Origin: Camelus dromedarius
Taxonomy: Eukaryota
Assembly: GCF_036321535.1 (NCBI RefSeq)
Contig: NC_087437.1
Coordinates: forward strand, 52,144,001-52,208,000
Length of the DNA stretch: 64,000 nucleotides
Reading direction: 5' to 3'
The notes under the pieces were generated by a model, which made no database searches, was not told the DNA's origin, and worked only from the letters and a program-made list of their open reading frames with translations. Positions 27,474 through 39,572 of the stretch are shown piece after piece. A program made the translations under genes and the position numbers. The stretch's first letter is position 1. The number at the start of each line of letters is the position of its first letter.

Positions 27474-28559
27474 CTGTGGGGAACACAAAAAAGCAGCTGA
27501 AATCTAACAGTATTTGACAAACCACATTAAGGTAGCAAGTGGTCTCTAAGGACTCAGAAGGTCTTAAAACATATTTCAATAACATCTCAAAAGAGACCAG
27601 TAATAGAATCATTCAATACCATTACAATCAATTAAAAATAGAGCATGGTATATAACATCATGGTGTTTTCAACTAAGAAACTCAACACACTTTACAAATC
27701 TTATATCTGAGTCTTTCTAATGCCTCTGGAGTAGGTGGGTGGATAATATCATCCTTATTTTACAGACAACTTGAAATGACTTACCTATCATATGACAATA
27801 GAGAATGTCCACAGTATAGTATGGTAAAAACACACTATAAAACAATATAATATACTATAAAATTATAATTCCATTTTATCTTTAGTAATATGTTAATACA
27901 AACATTTAAAAACTGGAGGAATATATACCAACTTATTATCAGGATTATGGAAAACTTTCACTTTCTAGGTTTCTATGTTTAATCAGAATACCCATATACA
28001 CATATTTAATAGGTAATAGCCTTGTAGGATTGTCCTGGTCAATCTCAGTGGCCGGGGTAAGGTGCAGGGTGTGAAATGATCTCTTTCAAGACCCAAAGTC
28101 ATAAGTGCCTCAGTAGGAGACATTCTCCTGGACACCAATTCCACAGGTACAACCTTAGCCATGGGCAGATGGGAATGGGTGGTGCTGCCGGATGGTTCTA
28201 GGAAACCAAGGAGCTTATCTCCAAACCTGAGAAACACTCTGAGCGCTCAAGTTTTTCACATAGTTGACATGGAAGTGAAACCTAACCAGGTCTGTTTCTA
28301 GTGGGTCCCCTTCTTTGTTCTCTTTTACTTCATTCAACAGTTAGCAAAGCCTCCCACATACCAAGTGTTAAGGAAACAGAGATGGAGATGACAATTATCC
28401 AGTCTGTAGGCCTAAAATGATTTCAAAATAGAAATCTGGAAGAAAAAAAAACCCTAAAAGACCAAGAGATAGAAGCCACAATCATGGGCACCACCTTGGG
28501 TTTTTCCTAATGTACTTGATTTATCAGTCAGTCCATACAGTATCTTCCACACATATTTA

Positions 28560-28752
28560 CGACACTGTCTTTAACCTCGCTGCTCCTGCCTTCTCAGACA
28601 AGACAATCCTTTGCTGTGGGGCTGTCCTACGCACTGTAGGGTGTCGAGCCACATCCTTGGCCTCTACCCACTAGATGTCAGTAGCACCTCCTACCCAGGT
28701 GTGACAATCAAAGGTGTCTCCAGACATCATCACATACTCTGAGAACTGATGA
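28560..28752. mobile_element. MER20 DNA transposon
   Basis: tgtggggctgtcctacgcactgtagggtg...ggcctctacccactagatgtcagtagcacc...tgtctccagacat. Confidence 0.85.
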
Positions 28753-30614
28753 TTTATGACCTCCTAGTGAACATCTCTGTGCAAGCAAATCACTCTTGTG
28801 CCCATCTGCTCTCATTTGTTTTATTTCTTGGTCAGATTGAAAATTCTAGAATAGGGATCACATTTGTAAGGAAAACTACCTTATATTTTTAAATATGTTC
28901 ATGGACAAATAGTAATTTTAGATCAGAAATGTGAGCAGTGAACAAACACAGTGCAACATCAGTAATCTATTAAGACCAACCAAGCCTGCCTGTATTCTTA
29001 CAAGTCTGCTTCTTGACTCCTAAGTAGGCTTCAATGCCACAATTTCTTTGTAACTAAATTACTCTAAAAATACATTCAGCTTCTCTCTGGAGTACAACAT
29101 GGAAAAGGTACATTTAAAATTGACAGGCCTTTGAGTTCCAAGGTCCACTTCCAAGCCTGGACATGTTCCATGCAAACCCTGATCTAACAAAAATAGAAGT
29201 GAGAAAAACCCGACATGCCTGCCTAGGAAATTGGTTAAAATATACCGGGTATCTTCATTTCTGTTATGTGTGAAAGAAAGCATTACTCCTTGTCAGGCAA
29301 AATTCAAATGAGGTGAGATCCAACAGTTTGGTATGGCAGGACTTCACCTCCAAGCATCTCGGGCACTGTGAGCTAAGGAGCCAAGAAGGCAGACCAGCCC
29401 AGGATTAGAGAAAGATGAGTCTGGGCAGAGGACAGAGAAGGGACTTGGAGAATTTAGGGGATTGTTCCCTTCTGTCCAGGAGTAGTGAACAGAACATCTG
29501 GAATGGAGGTGTGATCTTCTCTCTTCTTGGCTGGTGGCCTGATGGTTACTGAGTTCAGGAGGCTGTGAATGGCAGGCACTCAGACACACTTGTTACAGAT
29601 GCTGATTAAGTTCTTTCTAGCTCAAGTAACCTGTGCTTTAGTCACCCACTTGTCACAGAACAGGAGGTTCCTGAGATCCAGAAGAAGGAGGCTTCCTCTG
29701 GTCCACAGGTAGAGGGAATCCTGAAGCTGGACTCTGGGCCTTCTCTGACCCCTCTCCCACTGTCACCAACACCCTGCTGTCCGCAATCCCTCCCCTCCTT
29801 TGTGCTTCTTCATAATTTACTTTTTCTCTTCTCGCTTCTTCTACCTCTTTGTCTAATCCTCTCTGCCCCAAAGCTCTGTTTTTCTTTCTTGAAGTGTGGT
29901 AAAAGAGAAATGCAGCTGGGAGAGAGAGGTGTACACTGCATTCCTGATTACATTTTCCTCTACAAGTTACATCTATTAAAGGTGCTTCCTCACATGAGCT
30001 AGGGTGACAGCCTGTTATCTGCTGATATGGGGATACAGATGCAAAGAGGAAGGCAGAGAAGAGAAAAATAGTAAATGCAGCCAGGTGAGAAACACGGTTC
30101 AGTAAACATCTTTTAAATATCAATTATACCCTAGTATATTGTCTGATATGCTTATAAACATATACAAAATAAAGCAAACTCCTACCAAGGATGTAGTTTT
30201 GTAAAGAGCCCAGAGTGGTCAGTACTTTGCCCCAATCCCCAACAGCTTCTATCCTGGGGCTCACCCTGCTGTGATCCATGTGCACTGAGAGCCTTGAGGC
30301 AGCACTACAAGATCCTGAATTACCAGAGATTCAGTTATGTCCATCCTTCTGTCCCAACTAAGACATAAAACGAATGAACACACTTCTGCAACAGCAGGGA
30401 TTGAAACAAAGAGGTTTCTGGCCATGCAGCCAGGAAATTCAATACCCACTGTATTCTCTAAATAATCCTCTTAATTAAGGGTTTACTATGTTATTTAAAG
30501 AAATAAATGGATAAGAACTTTAAAAATTGAAATCCCTGAAAGGAAAGCTACTCAGAGAGAGTCAGGGCTTGGAGAAGAGCAAAGTAGAGGCAGAGTAAGA
30601 GAAACATTTAGATG

Positions 30615-31134
30615 CTGCAATGAGCCAGCATTCCACCCCTGGGCATATGCCCAAAAGAACTGACAGCAGAGTCTAGAAGAGGTATCTGTATCATGTTCAT
30701 AGCAGCATTACTTGCAATAGCCAAAAAAAGGTAGAAGCAACCCAAGTGTCTACTGATGGATAAATGGATAAACAAGATGTGGTACATACATACAATGGAA
30801 TATTATTAGGCTTAAAGAGGAAGGAAAACCATGCAACAACATGGATGGACCTTGAGGACACTGTGTTACGGGAAATAAGCCAGTCACAAAAGACAAATAC
30901 TGTATGTTCCCACTTATATGAGTCACCTAGTATAGTCAAATTCAAGAGACAGAAAGTGGAATGGTGTTTTCCAGGAGCCGAGGGGTAAAAAGGAATGGGG
31001 AGTTGTGGTTTAATGGATATAGAGTTTCAGTGTTGCAGCAAGAAAAGAGTTGGAGATGGATGGTGGTGACGTTGTCCCACACTATGAATGTATGAATGCA
31101 GTATACACCATATACTTAAAAATGGTTATGATGG
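30615..31134 (+). mobile_element. Older L1 3' end, host of a younger L1; resumes at 32512-32570
   Basis: L1 3' motifs (caacccaagtgtctactgatggataaatggataaacaagatgtggtac); the tail continues after the insert as gatggtaagttttatgttatgtg. Confidence 0.85.
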
Positions 31135-32511
31135 ACTGCCCAAGGCAATCTACAGATTTAATGCAATGTCTATCAAATTACCCAGGACACATTTCACAGA
31201 ACTAGAACAAATCATAATAAAATTTATGTGGAATCACAAAAGACCTAGAATTGCAAAAGCATTACTGAAGAAAAAGAAAGAGGCTGGAGGAATAACTCTC
31301 CCAAACTTCAGACAATACTACAGAGCTACAGTAATCAAAACAGCATGGTATTGGTACAAAAACAGACATATGGACAATGGAACAGAACAGCCCAGAAGTG
31401 AACCCACAAACTTTTGGTCAACTAATCTTCGACAAAGGAGGCAAGAATATACAATCGAATATAGACAAATGGTGTTGGGAAAACTGGACAGCAGAGTGTA
31501 AGTCAATGAAGCTAGAACACTCCCTTACACCATACACAAAAATAAACTCAAAATGGATCAAAGACTTAAACATAAGACAAGATACAATAAACCTCCTAAA
31601 AGAAAATACAGGCAAAACATTATCTGACATACATCTCAAAAATGTTCTCCTAGGGCAGTCTACACAAGCAATAGAAATAAAAGAAAGAATAAACAAATGG
31701 GACCTAATTAAACTTAAAAGCTTTTGCACAGCAAAGGAAACCATAAACAAAACAAAAAGACAACCTACGGAATGGGAGAAAATTTTTGCAAAAGATGAAA
31801 CCGACTAAGGCTTGATCTCCAGAATAGATAAGCAGCTCATATGACTTAATAAGAAAAAAAAAGAACAACCCAATCCAAAAATGGGCAGAAGACCTAAACA
31901 AGCAATTCTCCAAGGAAGAAATATGAATGATCAATAGGCACATAAAAAAATGCTCAATATCACTAATTATCAGAGAAATGCAAATCAAAACTACAATGAG
32001 GTTATCACCTCACACCAGTCAGAATGGCCATCATTCAAAACCCACAAATGACAAATGCTGGAGAGACTGTGGAGAAAGGAGAACCCTCCTACACTGCTAG
32101 TGGAAATGCAGTTTGGTGCAGTCACTGTGGAAAACAGTATGGAGATTCCTCAGAAGACTAGTAATAGACTTACCACATGACCCAGTCATCCTGCTCCTGG
32201 GCATATATCCAGAAGGAACCCTACTTCAAAAAGACACCTGCACCCCAGTGTTCATAGATGCACTATTTACAATAGCCAAGACATGGAAACAGCCTAAATG
32301 TCCATCAACAGATGACTGGATAAAGAAGATGTAGTATATTTATACAATGGAATACTATTTAGCCATAAAAAAGACAACATAATGCCATCTGCAGCAACAT
32401 GAATGTCCCTGGAGAATGTCATTCTAAGTGAAGTAAGCCAGAAAGAGAAAGAAAAATACCATATGAGATCACTCGTATGTGGAATATAAAAAAAAAAAAG
32501 AAAAGAAAAGA
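31135..32511 (+). mobile_element. Younger 5'-truncated L1 (ORF2 C-terminal part, defective) with A-tail and 17-bp TSD
   Basis: ORF2 peptides ([10 protein letters not shown]..., [25 protein letters not shown]); TSD aaaaatggttatgatgg 31118-31134 / aaaaatgcttatgatgg 32512-32528; TT|AAAA site. Confidence 0.92.
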
Positions 32512-35089
32512 AAAAATGCTTATGATGGTAAGTTTTATGTTATGTGTGTTTTACTACAATTAAAAAATCACCAGTATAATTCACTCTATTAACATACTAA
32601 AGACAAAAATCTATATAATCGAGAATATATAAAGAATTCTTACAGCTCAAAAATAGGGGGAAAAACCCTAATTTTTAAAAATGGAGGTGTTGGCTATACA
32701 AGTGCAACAGGAGGGATGTTTGTAGTGACAGGAATGCTCTATCCCTTGACTGTATCACTGTCAATATCTTGGTTATCACACTGTTCTACTGTTTTACAAT
32801 GACAGTTGTCATTGGGGGAAAGTAGGTAAAGGATACACAGGCTCTCTCTGTATTTTCCTTAAAACTGCACGTGAATCTAATTTTTTCAGAATAAAAAATA
32901 TAATTTAAAACAATAGGAAGACATCACCACAGAGGTGACATGGCACCCTTTCCTTATGTTGCATTATATCAGGAAGTACGTGTTACTGACTGTCTCATGG
33001 ATAAACACTCGTTTAAATGTGGTATATCTATCCAGGTTTCCTCACTGTAAAGCTGGTATTTTTCTCTTTGTAATTAGTAAGTATCTTGCTTTGAAACTCT
33101 GCAAATATCCTGTTTCTCATCCTACCTCCATTTTAGCATGCACAGGTAGATCTGGTCTGCAACAACCATTACTGTGGAATTTGCCAGTGATTTTTCTATT
33201 TCCATCATTTCTTCTATATTTATGAATTAGAATTCTACATAAGCAGGAGCTGCTCCTTCTCCCCATTTATTTATTTATTCAATTATTTATTTACAGAAGC
33301 ATGGACTCATAGATACTTATTTTATTCTATAGATTATAATCCATTACTACCATTATTTATTTTGTTGCTCAAACTGTCCCAGACTCAGCTCTTGGGAGCT
33401 CCTTTAAGTTAGCCCCCAGGTCATTTCAACATGTCCCACCCTTCTGTGACGACTTCCTTACTTTCTGGCACCGTAAAGACCTCACTGGCTTATTACTTCC
33501 CCTGCCCCAGTCCAGGCATCAGCCATCTCTCCAAGGAGCCCTAACTCCTTTCCTTAAGAACTTAAGTTTGTTCTCAAAATACTCCTGTGAAGTAGAATCT
33601 TAGTTTTCTGATAACTCAGTCACTCACAAAATTCATCCATACAAAAGTGAAGCCTAAACCTCATTACAGTACTTAACATCTATTTTTTAAATAATATAAA
33701 AATTTTAAATAAACTTTATAAATCCATTAAATTATTTTTCAAGGGAGATGAAATCACTTTTTCAATAATGAAACTAAGATCACAAAAACCAACTGTGATC
33801 ACTAAGTGAAGAATAAATTTTGTCTATCATGATTCTTTTCAGGAAACCTGGTTCAACGCTTTCAGCTATTTCTCAACTAAAGCCAATCAAAACTACTAAA
33901 TAAGTAACTTCCCCTATTCTTTCAAAGTCTTGGTTCACAATTTATCTGATTGTTCTTCCCCATCAGTGGACACCAATAATATGCAGTACATACTTTTTCA
34001 CAATGCCTCAATGAGACACTAAAAAAGACTTATTTTCTCATCCTGGTTTTTTTGGGAAGGAAAGAATGAAAGAAGGAAGGGAGGGAATGAGGGAAGGGGG
34101 ACAAGACAAGACAATTATCTTCTCAAGCTCATGTAATAAGACAGGGATTCACTTCTAGGACCCAGGCCTTAAGACATCCTGTGTTCTTTCTTCATGAGGA
34201 TACTTATTATTTAATCAATAAGGTTTAGATAATGCTCTTATTAGTTTACACTGTAATTCTCTGCCATTAACTTCAGCTAATACTCCAATTTGTAGCATAG
34301 TGTAAATACATAGTAGATACATTTCCTTGAAGGAGTTTCTTTTGGTTGTAGAGCAAAAGGGAAGGAAGAATAAAAAGTGTAGAAAGCAATTTATATGCCG
34401 CACTAAGCTATTGTATACACTTTGTTAAACTTTTTTTTAGGATCAGTTGTGCATTTTGATTCTTAAAAAAGATCCTTCGGGGGGGAAATGAGCTTTTTGC
34501 TTTTACAGATAGTTTTATGGCTGTTAAACGTGTCCTCTTGGCACATGAAGCACACTGCTCTCAGGGAATGCAGAGTAATTTTATAATTAGCCTAAGTAAA
34601 ATATAATTAAAAAGGTAAATCTACTGAAAAAAACTGAGTGACCTAAGGGAAACTGCATCCACAGTTCAGTTTTTTGATTTTATATAGCGAATCACAATGA
34701 TGCTCATTTTAGTCCCAAGGGCATTCATTATATTAAAAGTAATATTAAATATTCTTATTCAGCTATTTCTGCAATGTGCATTATTTACTAACTTGAGTAG
34801 CATATCACAAACTAAAAGCAAAAGAATATAATATTTTTTATTACCGACATTTGTTGTGGCCTTACTATCCACCCTGCTCCATTGGCAGTCAATATACCAG
34901 TATCTTTGTAATTCAATCTAGGAGAATATAAAGTTCATGTATTACCCAGTACGCTGAAGACCCCCTTCAGAAATTTATGCAAGATGCTAGTTTCTTCATT
35001 TTTCAAATTATGTAATCTTTAGTGTGGTGGAACACATTAATATAAAGCAAAACCCTAGTGAGACAGAGTACCAAAGCATGGTTTATTTA

Positions 35090-35640
35090 CTCATCTGACA
35101 AATATTTACTGACCATCTACCAGGTTTATATTACTAAATCAGATGCTATGTGGAAATTAAAAGAAATACAACATGTAGTCATGCTTCAAGGAGCTTCCAG
35201 TCAAAATGCAGGGAGAAGATAAAAAATAAAATGAATAAAACAGGAGTTGAGTAAAACTGTAAGTATCCATGGGCATTCATTAGGCAGGGGAACAGGGCTC
35301 CAGGCTTCACTGAAGGGTTGTACCTGGCTGTTAAAGGACACGTACCCTTGAGTAGCAAGGAGAACTGCCCCAGACCAGCTCCAGAGCCAGAAGGTGTCAG
35401 CTGGCATCTGGGGTTCAAAGAGTCGACCAACAGAGCAAAGGAGGACAAAGTTTGTGAGGAAGACAAAGGCTGGATGGGGCTCAGAATGCAAGGCCAAAGA
35501 GTTTGTGTTTTAGTAACAATGGTGAAGCACTGCAAATTACTGAGGAGGCAAGTAATAACAATAGAACAGGATATTAAAGAATTTAGTCTGGTAAAGATGT
35601 GCAGAGGAGCTGGAAAGAGACGAGACGAGGGTTAAGAGGA
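35090..35640 (-). mobile_element. L2 LINE fragment
   Basis: ctcatctgacaaatatttactgaccatctaccagg...tcaaggagcttccagtc. Confidence 0.6.
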
Positions 35641-36184
35641 GGCTAACACAGATTTTCAAGCATGACATTCTGATCCAACTAAAGTCAGCTGGCTCGGTAG
35701 AGGAAGGAACACAGGAGACACTTCTAGGAAGGTGACAGATCCTGGGGGTGCAGGGCAAGGACTGGGGAGTCCACTGTACCTGGATGTGAATCCTGACTCA
35801 GCTACTCACTGCCTGTTTGAGCTTTAACAAATTGTCGACCGTCCCATGCTTCCCTTTTCCTCAGGGAAAAGTGGTTAGTGCTCTCTATTTTAAAGCACTA
35901 ACTCTGGCACACTGCAGACATTCTCTTACTGGTGATACTTGAAGAAGACAGGAGCTGCCTGCAGGTCTGAGCCCCTCAAGACGCTTCCCAGGGTTGCCTC
36001 TAGGCCGGCACCTCCGAGCCTGTATCCCCAACTCCTGAGTCTTGGGAATGCCCTGGATGCACCTGCTTCCTGATTCAGCCCAGCCTGTAAACCTCTCTGA
36101 CCGCACTTCTCCCACACACTACCTTCCTCATCTATCCCCCTAGCCCTACAATCTGCTTTCACATCTGCTTTCACTCCACTTTTC

Positions 36185-36383
36185 AAACTAGTATTTACTG
36201 AACCTCAATTATGTGCCACAGACTGAGCTGGGGACATGGGATTGAAAGAGCAAGCAGAACACATCCCAGCCCTTACAGAGCTTACACTTCAGGACGGGAT
36301 ACATATCTGAACAAATAACCACACAAAAACATATCATTATAAACCACAGATAGTGACAGGAAGAAAAATCAAAATCAATGATT
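36185..36383 (-). mobile_element. L2 fragment hosting the ERV retrocopy; continues about 39602-39800
   Basis: gtatttactgaacctcaattatgtgcca...ccagcccttacagagcttaca; L2-like sequence resumes after the 3' TSD. Confidence 0.6.
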
Positions 36384-36825
36384 AGAAATTACATGTGGGG
36401 ACACTCCCTTCACGGGTTCACGGTCTCATTCTGGGATGCAGCGCAGGTGTACACCTTCCCTCTTCGCCCTGTCCTGACTTAATAGACGATCTGTTGATCC
36501 TTGCGCCTCCTTGCCCACTTTGCCAGAAGGTTGGATGTTGCCTCTTTTACTTCTGTGAAGAGGTACCCCCTCCTCAGCATCACGAGGACCATATCCTGAA
36601 GGGGAGATTTTGCCTTGCCCTGTGGCACTCCAGCCCCACGCTTCAGCTCTAGTTGTTTCTTTTTTTTTTTTTCTTTCAGAGATAAAAGTAATCCAATTTA
36701 GTTGGCTCAAGGCCTAAATCTCCTCCCTTCCTCTCTAAAGAATTTAGGCCCAGGGCTCTGGACACCTTTTCTTCCCCTGGCTCTTGCTGCTCTCCTTCCC
36801 TAATCGGCAGGACATCCTAACCAAA

Positions 36826-37912
36826 ATGGGGATGACTACAGGCATCCCAAAGGACTCTCTGTTAGGATGCATGTTAGCTCCCTGGGGGAAATTCAGATAG
36901 GATAGTTTAAGGAAAAAATAATTAATTTTTCTTTGCAATACTGCATGGCCCCAATACAAGCTAGGGGACCAAGAGTGTAGTAGAGAATAACCTTTGTTTT
37001 GTTGGAGGTTTACAGGGACACTATGACAAAGCCCACGGGGATGGCTGCAAGAACAAAGAATGCCTGCAGCAAGAAGATTACAACAATCAACCACACCCCC
37101 TCCCTTATTTTACCTCCCACTCCCTTATTTTTTGTATAAAAGGAGCCTTTATTCTGACTGGAGCAGGATGGTTCTCCAAGACATTAGTCTGCCATCCTCT
37201 CAGTCTGCTGACTTTCCAATAAAGTTACTATTCCTTGCCCCAACACCTCGTCTCCCAATTTACTGACCTGTCGTGCGGAGAGCAGAACGAGTTTGGACTC
37301 GACAACAAGAGGTCTGACCAAAAAATGGGTCATTAAATTACAATACCATGTTGCAGCTGGACTTGTTTTGTCAAAGGGAAAGTAAACAGGGGAAGTCCCG
37401 TATGCCCAACTGTTCCTGACCCTATTTCAAGACCAGGTCTAAGGAACTCCTTAAGGGACAGTCTTCTGGACCATCTAACCCTAATGCCCCATCTGGGAGG
37501 CTGGAGACCCCAGACCCCATGAATCAGCTCCTGGATCTGGTGTTTGGAGTATTTAACAACAGAGACATGGTTGAAGAGGCAAGAAGGATTCAGGGACAAC
37601 AGCGAAAGGCACAATGCTCAGTGGCAGCCCTAACCCCTACACCATCTCGGGGTTACCCTCCCTTTCGAAGACCCATAGTAAGGACAGGATCCAGGACACC
37701 TGGATCAGAGACACTGCCTCACCAAGAAAGGATCTGCTTCAAGTGCTGCCAGGAGGGCCACTAAAAGGACGAACACCTGTTATATGGAAAAGGTCCACTG
37801 GGACCCTGACCGATATGCAAACGAGAAGGTCCCTGGAAGCGGCACTGTCCCTAGTCCCCAAGGGGGCTTGGGGCTCCCAAACCAATGACAGCCGAGAGAA
37901 CTGAAGACTGAC
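36826..37912 (+). pseudogene. gag: ERV gag remnant (MA, CA C-terminus, two NC zinc-knuckle remnants); stops, frameshifts, most of CA deleted
   Basis: MGMTTGIPKDSLLGCMLAPWGKF...LIFLCNTAWPQYKLGDQE [LTR] V*PKNGSLNYNTMLQLDLFC; PQTPMNQLLDLVFGVFNNRD; CFKCCQEGH; *PICKREGPWKRHC. Confidence 0.88.
36976..37307 (+). mobile_element. ERV1-type solo LTR (332 bp) nested in gag MA
   Basis: TG...CA ends; 4-bp TSD AGAG (36972-36975 / 37308-37311); TATAAA near 37135; AATAAA 37218-37223; removal restores the gag frame. Confidence 0.9.
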
Positions 37913-37954
37913 AGGTCCCTGGCTGGCTGACCCTCCCCGGCTCCCAAAGCACAC

Positions 37955-38420
37955 CTGGTCATTTCTCTGGAGGTGCCTCGGGGAACCTTTGATGTGGCTG
38001 GTAGGAAAGTTGTTTTCTTATTAGATACGGGGACCGCCCACTCTGTGCTGACTCTTTTCTCCAGACCCTTGTCCTCCTAATCCTGTACGATAATGGGGAT
38101 CGACAAAAAGCCCCAAACCAAGCAATTCACACCCCTCCCCTTAGCTGCCTCCTAGAAAATTTTACCTTTGCACATCAGTTTCTGTTCATGCCTGAGTGCC
38201 CCATCCCCTTGTTGGGAAGGGACTTGCTCACTAAATTCCAGACAATACTCCAATTTGGAAACCTTCACAAAAAAGACATCCACCAAGAAAAACGATTGCT
38301 CTTGGCCTTGAGAGCCCACCTCAGGACCAAGCCAGAGGTCTCCATTCCACCCCATTATTGTTTCTCAAGTGAACCCCGCTGTCCGGAGCACTGAGGTCCC
38401 TGGCAGAGCTACTACTGTTA
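37955..38420 (+). pseudogene. pro: ERV aspartic protease remnant and first codons of pol
   Basis: FDVAGRKVVFLLDTGTAHSVL (LLDTG at 38018-38032); FMPECPIPLLGRDLLTK; VNPAVRSTEVPGRA; no RT or IN motifs recognised afterwards. Confidence 0.88.
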
Positions 38421-39180
38421 GGCTACCTTTAGAAACGAGACCACCTGAGGCTATAGGCAAGCCTCTTGACATCAAAGGCTGAACTGAAGGCAATAATTAG
38501 AGAACTCAAACCCAGGGAGGATCCTCAGAAGTGTCTGTAAATAGAGTTCCAAAATGGGAGGCCACCAGTCTAACTAAACTGACCATAGCTGATATTCAGA
38601 GCCTGATACGAATTTAGGGGGGAAGGCATCTCCCCTAAGCTAAATGAGGGAAAATAAACTGTCCTTGTTTTACAAACGTAGTCTTTACGGTAACAGAGGT
38701 GTGACTCCAGAAATAATCCAAAACCCACCAATCCTTGTACCACTCCCAAAATCCCCCTTAAGAGATTTATAAGTATCTAGGAAAAATAACCTCTTTCTGG
38801 CCTTAAGGAAACAAAGTCATCCTAGGAGGAACTTGCCTTTCTATGCTTTTGAGATACAAATTTCAAGAAAGGGGTCTTTTGTCATTTATAGGCAGTTATC
38901 AGCTGTACTCTGATGCTGTTGCAAAGGTGCTTCATCTTTAAGAAGAGTCACAGGATCGGTACAGAAGCAGTTACAACAGTTTCACAACAAGATGATGGCT
39001 ATGTGTGAGAAGATTTCAGCCCATACCACCCTCAGACTCAAGAAACAAGAAGCTGTCCTGTCCCTGGGGCCCCTAGATTAGGCATTCAGATTTTTACTCC
39101 TTGATAGGCAGTGTCAACGTCCCTACTCAGCTACAGAAGACAGACCACAGCCCGTCTGCACCCCAATAAGATTATGGGAA

Positions 39181-39572
39181 TGAGATAGGAGGGAAGGGCA
39201 CAGGAAACAGCCATTATAGGAATGACACAACAACAAGCACAAAGATGGTGGAAAAGTCAACTCCCAAGAGACATGGAGGCCCAAGATGGCGGGAGATTCG
39301 ACCTCCAGTGGACCTTGAGCTTCATTATGCACAGTGTAATGTATTAGCAGTGAATGACACACCCACAGGCGCCATGACAGCTCCAAGGATGACCATGAAA
39401 GGTCAGAGAGGGTGGTGGCCCAGTTCCTGGGGTCCCTGCTCCTTCCCCAAAGTAGTTGTAACAATCCTCCCACTTGCTAACATATGAAAACTAGCCTTCT
39501 GAGACAACCTTCTGAGATAGCCTGCACTCTGTCAATGGAGTGTACATCTCTCTAAATTAATCTACTTTTATT
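39181..39572 (+). mobile_element. 3' LTR (U3-R only) of the ERV retrocopy, MER41-like
   Basis: Starts tgagataggagggaagggcacagg, like the reverse complement of the 61333-61930 LTR; has cccacaggcgccatgacag; ends in poly(A) about 13 nt after the PAS position. Confidence 0.85.

Noticed and set aside
27474..27612. N-terminal 47 aa of the 231-aa ORF (MILLLVSFEM...FFVFPTG)
   Set aside because: Intronic read-through: it contains the polypyrimidine tract and acceptor AG; the true N-terminus is in exon 1 outside the window
31088..32334. 137-, 143- and 73-aa ORFs as host genes
   Set aside because: Broken L1 ORF2 fragments
37519..38394. Domesticated or functional gag-protease gene
   Set aside because: Multiple stops, frameshifts and large deletions
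36976..39572. A normal provirus bounded by the 36976 LTR and the 39181 LTR
   Set aside because: The two LTRs are dissimilar; the first has its own TSD inside gag and is not followed by a PBS
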